Source: Catajapyx aquilonaris (lineage: Eukaryota). From it: 36,070 nt of DNA. Below, piece by piece: positions 10,346-20,200 of this stretch. Position 1 is the first letter of the stretch; the number at the start of each line of letters is the position of its first letter. A program made the position numbers and the translations under genes. The stretch is from the NCBI GenBank assembly GCA_000934665.2, contig KZ539024.1:1-36070 (forward strand), read 5' to 3'. The notes under the pieces are model-generated. The model saw only the letters and a program-made list of their open reading frames with translations. It was not told where the DNA came from and did not search any database.

Positions 10346-12287
10346 TTTGGTGTACCCACATTTTCACGTGAATTATATGAATAATTTTGGAAAGCACTCG
10401 TCATAATAGTCAATATCAAATCTGAGATGGATTAACACCCATCTGAACAGTGTACATTTTCCAACATGTGCACCTGTCGCATGCATGTGAGCCAGTGAAC
10501 AATTCAAGAAAGAGAAAATCAGTTCCCAGTATTGTGTCTCTAATGATAGCAGTTGAGGCATATAATGTTTGTTTGTTAATGCATAAGCATGATGGAGATT
10601 GCATTTTGATTAGTCCTTCCACATTTCATGTATCACTCCCTTTCTCGCAACGGTGACTGCAATAACGCCCACTACTTCATTTATTTATCAATCTACATCC
10701 TAAATGCCTAATTCAACATCTCTGCTGGTGAGCTCATCAATATGGCATCCACTGATCACTATTTCACAACTTGGCTGGCTTTCTTCGCTGTTTGCCCCAA
10801 GTAGCCTAAACTAATGACCATTAAGTCGGACCTGACAAGTCCTTAAGACCTTTCCCCTTACCTTCTCTTCCCACCTTTCCCCTCAGGTTTAGCCAGCCCC
10901 CTTTTCCCAAACACGCCAAAGTTTCCAACCCTAAAGCATCTTGGTAACCACATCAAATAGGGCCTAAGATGGAGGGGAAAAGGGAAAACAAGAACAAACA
11001 TCACAATGTCCAGAAAGTCTTACCATTAAGACCCTCGTCCCTCCCCTCTCCCCAAGAGAATTAAATCAGACAAAGGGAATGAGTAATTAGGCATCTTGCT
11101 ACCAGTGCTAACATTTATTGCTTCTTTTTTTTTCTCCCCTGCCCTGAATATTAAACATACGAGGAACTTCACTTGGTAACATTATACAAATGAGTAGATA
11201 CAGTTGCATAGTCACACCGATTTGGTCGATTCACTTGACAATGCTGTAAATAATATATCTGCATATTAAATCACATTAAAAGAGAGCTGCTGACCTTATT
11301 TCTCAGTCCTCTGTTCAGATGATTAGCTGAGCAAAGAGAGAAATGCAGCACCCTACATACACTGAGTTAAACGAAAGTCAGCTCAGATCCATAACAGTAA
11401 AATAACTTTTGGACTCTCACTTTGACTCTCATCTACTACTAAGCTTCACATGTAGGAGTTATGTATACTACTGAAAAAGCCCAAGATGGTTCTTCCTACA
11501 ATATACATAACTTCCTCAAGTTCCTCAGTTAGAAAGAGTTAAGTGAATGTCTGAAAGTAATTCACTGATATGGATCTGAGCTTACTTTTGTTTCTTGTGG
11601 TCCACAGAGTGATCCAAAATGTATCTCTACTTGGCATCACAATCTTAGGATAAAAATGACAAACAAAAAAAGTTCCAACTGTAGTGTTCCCAAAAGGGCA
11701 GTCAAATTGCATATCAAGCACGCGGTTGTCTTCTAGCATAGCAACGATTAAGCATAACCTCTCATACCCATAACCATCAATGTTATACTTACAAGAAACA
11801 GTTAAACTACACCTTCACCTTTGTTGGAACACACTATAAAATAACATGAAAGAGAATTGAAAATTGAGCATATCACCATTAATAGGCCTATGCCAATATG
11901 TCAGCTGCCTTTACAGGACAGCTGAAGTACTCAAGAAAGTATTGGTATGCAAGCCCAGAAAATTGTTCCTTAATGTTATGAAGCTCTGTTACCTTGGTAG
12001 CATGACTAACACTCTTCAAATGGCACTATTCATTTTGTGCCTAGGTAGTGTTTAATTGTTACCAAGTCAAGATCTTTCTTCTGGTTCATAAACTGCACAT
12101 AAATATTATTAAATTATCAATTAGATGAGGATAAGTTAACAGCAGCCTCACCACCTTCTACAGCACCATCATAAGTTCCCAGCTGGTACAGATATGTTCC
12201 TGAATTTAATATGTTATGGTTTATGCCTTGAAATGTAATGCTATGAAACTGATCAGACTAGTACAATGCTTTATAAATTCAGAAATA

Positions 12288-13028
12288 CTAGGGCAAAACG
12301 ATAAGTAACGCACAATTTATTTATTTTTGAGCCGAGTTTAATGTCACTAACAAATGTTTTATAGGTGACAGCAAGGGACAATCTTTGGCTATTTTTAAAC
12401 ATAATTATGAACAGTTTCTGTAGATGCATTGGTCCCACCATGGTACACAGTTAAAGATGCCACGTTTTGAGAACTCTGTTTTTTCCCATAAGCCCTTTTT
12501 TCAAGGGGGCAAAGAGACAAAAGTCGCTCGACGTAAGGTCAGGTCCATGGTCAGGTTTGTACACATTTGCATGAGGGTGCCCCCTAGTGCATCAAAAGAG
12601 AACGAGCCAGCAGAGATGGCGAATGCGTCAGCATTGTCCACCCTTATTGAGCAATAAGCTGTTGTGCTTTTTTCTGAGCAAAAGGCAAAACTCCCACCCA
12701 AATTCACACGGCCATGACAGAAATGTACTATGGGAACTCCTGCCTGGACAGTAGCAACATATCACGATGGTGTAAGTTGTTTTCTGAGGGTCGAGAAGAC
12801 ATCTCTGTAATTGCCCCCTTGAAAAAAAAGGCCTTGTGGCAAAAAACGGAGGTCTATGAACGTGGAATCTTTAACCTTGTGCCATGGTGGGACCAATGCA
12901 TCAACAGAAACGATTCATATGTTGAAAAATATCCAAAGACTGCCTTGCTGTCACTTATAAAACATTTGTTATAGACATTAACTTAGCTTGAAAAAAATTA
13001 TTGTGCGTTACTTATCGATTTGCCCTTG
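12288..13028 (+). mobile_element. internally deleted mariner transposon with transposase relics
   Basis: TA|CTAGGGCAAAACGATAAGTAACGCACAAT ... ATTGTGCGTTACTTATCGATTTGCCCTTG|TA. An N-terminal HTH relic (EMYYGNSCLDSSNISRWCKLFSEGREDI) is fused to a C-terminal relic (YERGIFNLVPWWDQCINRNDSYVEK). The DD34D core is missing. Confidence 0.9.
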
Positions 13029-14108
13029 TATATCAGCACTAACAATGTAATATAACTGCCAAGCTGATGGAGAATGTTCATGATGAAATTCTCCAATGAG
13101 TTCACTGGAAAACTGACGTCTCTGCACCAACATGAATGTACAGTACTGGATAACAAGGCTTGTGGGATACTCTCTGCTATCATGTATTCATGCTGGAGCA
13201 GGAACTTCAGATGTATTCCAGCGAACTTACTGAAGCCTTCCGACGTGAATCGTATCAGTTTGGCCACAAGACTACCACTGAATCTTTGAAATATGTGAGA
13301 CAAGTGACTAAGTCCATTCATGGTCCTCAAATTGTACCATTTGGATATATCAGTGAAGTAAAATATAATTTATGGGGCAAAACAGCCAGAACTGGCTCTA
13401 GTACAATTTGAATTTTTTTGACTTATAAACAATGGTGTAGGCTTCAAATTAGAGAATCTCACACTCGATTGTCGGGGCATATTTGTAAAATTTATTTGGC
13501 CCCAAATGGAGGTGCATTTTGGCTTCAGCCTGTATATTGACTACAATGTCCATTCAAAAAATATATATATCAAATATGGCACTATATGTTGTGGTAACTC
13601 ATGCATGGCAAGCTGAGCAATGACTGCTAAGAAATGCATCTTGAAAAAAAATGTTACCCGAACACCATTACTATTGCTCTGTGTTAAACTATGCTAATAA
13701 TTCTCAACAGTGCTCATAAAGGCTAGCACAATAAAATATATCAGGAAAAAAACAACCATCATGTATTCTGAATATATCACGTATCACAAAAATGTAAAAT
13801 TGCAGGCCATATAAAATTTTTCTCGTCATAATGCTATTATGCTTATAATTATGGCCAATTGTAGCTACAGCAGAACTTTTCAAACTATCGTCCAAAGAAT
13901 AAGTACTGGACTGAATGTTGGTCTGTAACTATTTAACATTAATAAAACTGGAGGTTTTAATTTCATTAGTCTCCTGCAATTCCTTTTTTGTTGGAATTAA
14001 TAAAGAATGAACAGAACAAAAGGTGCGTGACTATGGTGATGTAATACTGACTCTGTGGATATCTGTGTCTCTGTGTTTGTAATTATGAGTAACACATGTT
14101 GTTTTGGT

Positions 14109-14244
14109 TCATTCCAGAACTAGTGGCAATATCGGGAAAAGTCCAGTGGGGTACTCGCCAACCAACATGGCTGCTACCCAGCGAAGAAACTCTTCCTCGT
14201 TTTCGCAGCAGCAGCAATGACCAAAGTAAGGGCTGTCCTTGCAC
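14109..14244 (-). CDS. coding exon 10 (C-terminal PH helix and stop)
   Basis: Acceptor atttgtag|G (phase 2). Encodes CKDSPYFGHCCCCENEEEFLRWVAAMLVGEYPTGLFPILPLVLE*. Confidence 0.88.
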
Positions 14245-17200
14245 CTACAAATATGGAATGTTACAAATGCACAATGGGTTCAGTTCAATTAATGTAAAAC
14301 CTTATTGAAAGTCAACTTTGAATCATATAACAAGTCTCAATCAGAATGTTTAGGATTCATAAATGCAAATACATGCAAAGAACCAAATCGTCGCTGTGGA
14401 GTCAAAACCACGTAACTCGAATAATACTAATTTTTCAGGAGAGCAAAAAACCTCAAAAAAATTACACTTGCATTGAGATTTAATTGCTTCACCTGGCTAT
14501 ATCTTCGCTCCTATTGGGCAAAAAATTACGCCGTTTTGATGGCAGATGCAGCGCAAAATCCCCGATTTTCAGGATCAAAAACCCGAAATCGGCCGAAAAG
14601 CGAGTTACGCGGTTTTGACTCCACAGCGACGAAATATGATGAGCTTCAGTTACACATGCTATATGTCTAAGGAAAATAAACTTGAGCATGGCAATTACCA
14701 ATACCTAAGCAAACAGGTGGTGCAAAAGAATTATTGAGTGCAAAAAAATGGGGGGTATTAACTGACTGCTTGAGCAATACTAAACAAATGCATAGTACAT
14801 TACAGTATTTGGTGAGAGAAATCAATTTATTTTTAGAGAAGGATGGTCGGATAATCTGAGGTAGAATAATCGGGGTTCTACTGTACAACCAAAAAATTAA
14901 AAGTAAATATGAGTTAAAATGCACGTCTGACCTCTTGATTTTTCCATTCTTGTCGATGAAGGTAAAAGCCCACTTAGCAGCCTTTCGCTTAGGGTCAGAA
15001 CCCACATACCATACTATATCTTCCACATTCCATGAGGCCAATTGAGTCCTAGACTGAAATTTATATTTAATAAAAATCATTATGAAAATGAATTTAAGTC
15101 ACCTGCTTAGAAGACCACTCTTGTGGCCTGCGTTTTGTTTCAGTAGTATTTAACTGACGTAAATGCAACAGAATACCTTGGAATCCTTGTAAAGAACCAT
15201 CTTGGCTCGGCTGAACTCCATGACACACTTTCTGAAGGTTCTTGATTTTGGATCAGCATACTTGAGTTCACTGAAGACAGAAAGAGGTGGCTTTGCCCAC
15301 GGCAACACTTTCTTGTAGAGCACATTGTGTTTGAGGAGGAGGTGGTTATCCTTGCACTCCCCTTCATCCCATCCACTCCATCTCAAAGCCGTTTCCAGCA
15401 CTGACTCTGTATAGTGCAGAGGTCTTTCTAGGTGACCACCACACACCACCTCATACAGGGCGACATTCTCACACTCTTCACGGATTGAACCACGGTGCAA
15501 GAGCTCTGCACTCACACTTCGGGATGTTGTGTTTGGTGCCACCTGCAAATTTTTATGAAAGTTACTACGTTAACAACTGAATACAGTAGTGAAAGATTCT
15601 TTGTCCAATGAATACTGTTTCACCCATTAATGCATGATTTCCTGAGCAGCTGTATTACACTGGGTAACGCAAAAAGTGTTCGTTTATTTTTAAATGTTTC
15701 TTACGCAATTCAGATGTGTCGATTCCACTGGTGGTCTTAGGTGTTTTTATCATCAAAACATTAGTTATTTTACTTTGTGTTTTTATTCATGACTGGTTCC
15801 ATTTCAGATTAGGCAACGAGTGTCAAGTCATCGATTTTTTTTTATACATTTATTGGGGGGNGGGGGGAAAGAGAAAGAGACATACAGGGTGTTCCAAGGA
15901 TCAGGGTTGTTTTAAGTTATTACTAATATCACCAAAAATAGTCATATTTGTGTAGCTTGATGTGTATCAATATTATTCAGGAGAAATCCAGTTTCAAGAT
16001 AATCAAAGGCAAAGATTTGACCTTGCACTTGTTTCATGCTAGTGAAGACAGAAAATCCTGGCTTGCTGGATCTTTATGAATATTTAGGAATAAATGGACT
16101 TCACTAGGTGAAATGTCTAAACCTCCCCCACCACAATATCCAATTCAGTGAGAAGTTGGGGAAACTCACAGTAACACTAAGTGCATTGCCATCCTTGGAG
16201 AAAAGATGAACCCAGAGCTTCATGTCTCCTGAATGCTTCCTGCCTGTGTGCCCTGTGTGTAGCTGATCCAGTGCTTCCTGAATCCTCTTCTCTTTTTCCA
16301 GTTCCTCGCTGTCCACCTTGAACAACCATGGGTACAGCAGGATGAGGTCCTTCACCACATCTATCTCACCACTTGTGTGGTCGAAGCTTGGTTGCACCAC
16401 ACGTGTTGCCTGTGACACAACAAAGTAATAAGTTGATGCAAGCAATTTTTGAGAACACAGCTTCATTTCCTATTCAGCAAGTATGTACAGTCGCAGTGTA
16501 AAGATGTAGGCAGTCGACCAGAGGAAGAGCTATGGTCTACTGTCCACATCTTCATGCTTGTGACTGCACATCAGGAAACCAAGGGCAGTCCACTTACCTA
16601 CATCACCTTGAAAGCAGGCAAGAAAATGAAAAATTGTTACTTTCAGAAAGGGAACTGCACATACATCGACTAGTCTAAGCCATCCCCCTGACACTTCTAT
16701 CCCAGGCAAATAGAAAAAGCTGTGTCATTATCTCTTCCCGCATTGGCGCTAGTAGAATATCTGCAATGGAATCACGTGTGGAACTTGCTGCGCCATAACA
16801 ACAGCGACCCTGACATGCATAGTTGTGTCGTCAGGGTCACTGTTGTTATGGCTCAGCGAGTTCCACAGCGAGATTCCATTGCAGATATACTAGCGCCAAT
16901 GCAGGAAGGGATAACGGCACGCAAGATGGCGGCGAGTGTCCTGACCTATTCTTCTAAGACCATGGCCTAAGCTAAGAATATCATGGTAGGCCTGGACCAC
17001 AGGTTGTGTGAGGTTCTCATTAATGAAGATGCAAGAAAAGAGATAATGCACCTGCATTGTGTGTTCCTGAGCATGATAAAATGGCCTTATGTGTATGAAA
17101 AGGATGAACATTTCTTTTTACCTTAGTCAACATAAAGAATTAAGAAAACATTGCATTTTCAAAGGCAAGAAAAGTGACAGCTGCAATGTAAAGGAGATTG

Positions 17201-20200
17201 GTATCACATTCGTGAGAACATACTTCAATCTGGTCATGGCATAACCAAAGAGTATCTTTTCCATTCTTACAACATTTCACCCTGTACATTTTGCATACGT
17301 GGTTCTCTCCTATTGTTACATGAAGTAAAGGCTGCTTCACAAATGCGGCAGATGGCTGAGCAGGCGGAAAGAGTGCGATTGGGGAGCGGAATGTGAGCGG
17401 TGGGAATTCACATATTCGGCGGTGGCGCTGCGGGCAGAAACTCTAGCAGTGGGTACCGCTCGAGTCCATCTGGTTGGACTCGCGCAGACGGATAGCATGC
17501 GGTTGGAGGAGGCAAGATGGCGGCGTTGCCACCCGCTCAGCCATCCACCCCATTTGTGAAGCAGCCTTGAAAAATAATATTATTTTCTATTGCAGCGCAA
17601 CTTAGGTTATGGAACTCAGGCAGCTGCACTACGCAGAAAAATAGTTTGACTTTAATATCGCAAAATGTTAAAATATTGTTTTCATAGGTGTAACACAACA
17701 ACCAACATACCTCTACGCTCATGAGGGTAGGTCCCCAAATGGGCGCCAGGTTGAATGCTGGCATGAGGTTCCGATCACACCTCCCATGAATGGAGTATAA
17801 ATGACCAGCGAGCAAACGCACACACTTGTAGTTGATCTGCGGCAATCTGGCCAGCAGTGATGAATAGTCTCGCAAGCTCTCCTCCTGCCCCTGGTGTGAA
17901 TTGGCCACCCTGAGCCACTCAGAGTGCAGATCAGATGTTAGGAGAGGATCAGGAAGAGTACGGAAGAAACGTTTCAGGGCAGAGGCCACATCATGGGGTG
18001 TGTACTCCTCTGGGCTCAACTGAACTGACCAAGCATCCTCCTGGAAGCGCTGGAGGACCCGACTCACATGTGTATTCTTCCCACTTTGGCGATATATACC
18101 TTCCACATGGCTTCCTGAAGAGATGAACAGCATTAATGCATAATAGCTATTACAATTGGTACATCACAGAAACTATCATACAGGAAGAGTTTGAGTCCTT
18201 CCATGACTGCTCATGAAACAGTGCTGCATAGCAACCAAACTATTGCTCCACTCAATAGTGGCAAGTGGCATGCAGTAGATCTACGAGTTCAATCTCTACC
18301 CCCTCCACACCAAGCAAGACAACTCAGAGTGGGTCATCACATACCATGAGTGGACACAAACTTGAGACACTTGTCAACAACAACAGGTATATCATCAGCA
18401 GTAAGCTGCAGCTGGTCCAGTGCAAGTCCATTATTGAGTGCAGCTGCCCTCACACTTTTCAGCCAGTCCTCCACCTCGCTGTCAGCTGGTGATTGGAGAT
18501 ACAAAGTGCGCCCGCAGACATCCACAACTAATACCTGCTCCGACTGGTCAGTGAGAGATGCAGGAGCACGATACCCTGTGCCCTTAGGCTGGAGTGAGAC
18601 CTACAAAATAAATTCTTGTGACTTGGAGAAGTCCAGGCATATCTAATTGTTAGGTACCTGTCTAGCTTTACGCAGATCAAACAATTCTGGTGCCTTGCAA
18701 CCCTGTGGGCAGTAATGGAACTGGCGACTTCGAAGGAGGAGCCATCCAGGTGTCCAAGTACCAGAAACACCCTCCTGTAAACAAGATTTGTGATCTAGGT
18801 GAAGGTGTATCACAAAGAGTCATCAATGATACATTAAAATGTGACAGCAACAAAATGTGCAATCTGAATGGTGAGATATGTGAAGTAACCTGCCCTCAAC
18901 AACTCTGTTTCTGGAACAGTGGTTTACACCACCCTGTAGTTTAACCTGCATTTTGAACTCGGAGGGAAATTTTCAAGCCTCAACATACAAGTTGGAGTTT
19001 AAAATGGGTTCGTATAGACTCTGGATGGTTGGGGGTTAGACAAGAATAAATCAAGAGGAGGCAGTCCAAATGTGGGAGATCACCTTGAATCCGAAGGATG
19101 AAGATGAATATTTTATATAATTTACAAAATAATGATTAATTGTTAAAAGTATACTTCACCTTAATATAAGCCCAACCAGCCTTGTCATACTCAGACAGGA
19201 GTATATTGGAGAAAGACTGTGTCAGGGCTTCCATGATGACCTGCATCCACTTGCGCCTGTCCTGCTCAGTCCGGCCCCCAAATAGATGTGAGCCAGACTT
19301 GTTGCTGCTCCCCTGCGTAAGGGTGTGCACCTCAAAGCAATGCAGATCGTGGAGTTCAGGACTGCAAATTATTAAGTAGAGAGGTTACAACAATTACATT
19401 TTAAGGTAGTAAACTGGTCATATAGGGACAGTCTCACAAGATCACTCTAAATGTCCAATCAAATTTCAACCACTTGCAGGAAGTGTAACATCATTGCCCA
19501 AGTGTGCAAGTACACCATCTCTGGATAAGCCACAAAATCTCAGCAGATGAGCTCAAAGAAACATCTAGAGCAGTGCTTCCCAATCTTTTTCGTTGGCGAC
19601 CCCAAAAAAATCATCTCGTAAAATTCGCGAGCCCCAGCTTCTAATTCAACACTACCCCCTTCAGTGGTAGTCAATGACAATAATCGCTAAATTAACACAT
19701 GCACAGATGCGTTACGTTATCCAACCATGGAGTTTGTACGAGGTGTAAAATTCATACATAACAGTATACTTGTGCAAATATATGATTATCCTTTGCAGGC
19801 ATATTTTTCCAGAGAGATATAATGATTTTGTAGAAAATTATTATTTGTTACCCTCCCCCACGACCCCAAATATTATGTTCGCGACCCCAAATGGGGTTGC
19901 GACCCACAGTTTCAGAAGCACTGATCTAGAGGAATGAAAATCAGTAAACCTCAATTGAGACATTACTACTCTGAGAGGGTCTAAATATATTAAGATTTCC
20001 AAAAAAATCATTACTATCCACTTATTAAATAATTATCCATAAAATCTAGAGATCAAAGTAAGAAATCCAAACATGCAAATAATTTGTCTGAATAAGTCAT
20101 CTGAAAAGTCCACACAATATCCACTTATGTCCCGTCGACTTCATTCATTCATACAACTTCAGCCTCATGTCTCACTGTCAGACTAATATGCAGTCATAAC

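Noticed and set aside
13050..13411. Overlapping 70-110-aa ORFs downstream of the gene
   Set aside because: No recognisable motifs or phase-consistent splice sites. Probably 3' UTR or decayed repeat.
14203..14220. Tetracysteine HCCCC near the protein C-terminus as a novel metal or lipidation site
   Set aside because: It falls on the last PH strand before the terminal helix, where vertebrate ARAPs also have a CC pair. No independent evidence.
18528..18770. ORF-track frame MFLVLGHLDG... as the exon 4 product
   Set aside because: Splice phases select a different frame (EGVSGTW...DLRKARQ), which fits a PH domain.
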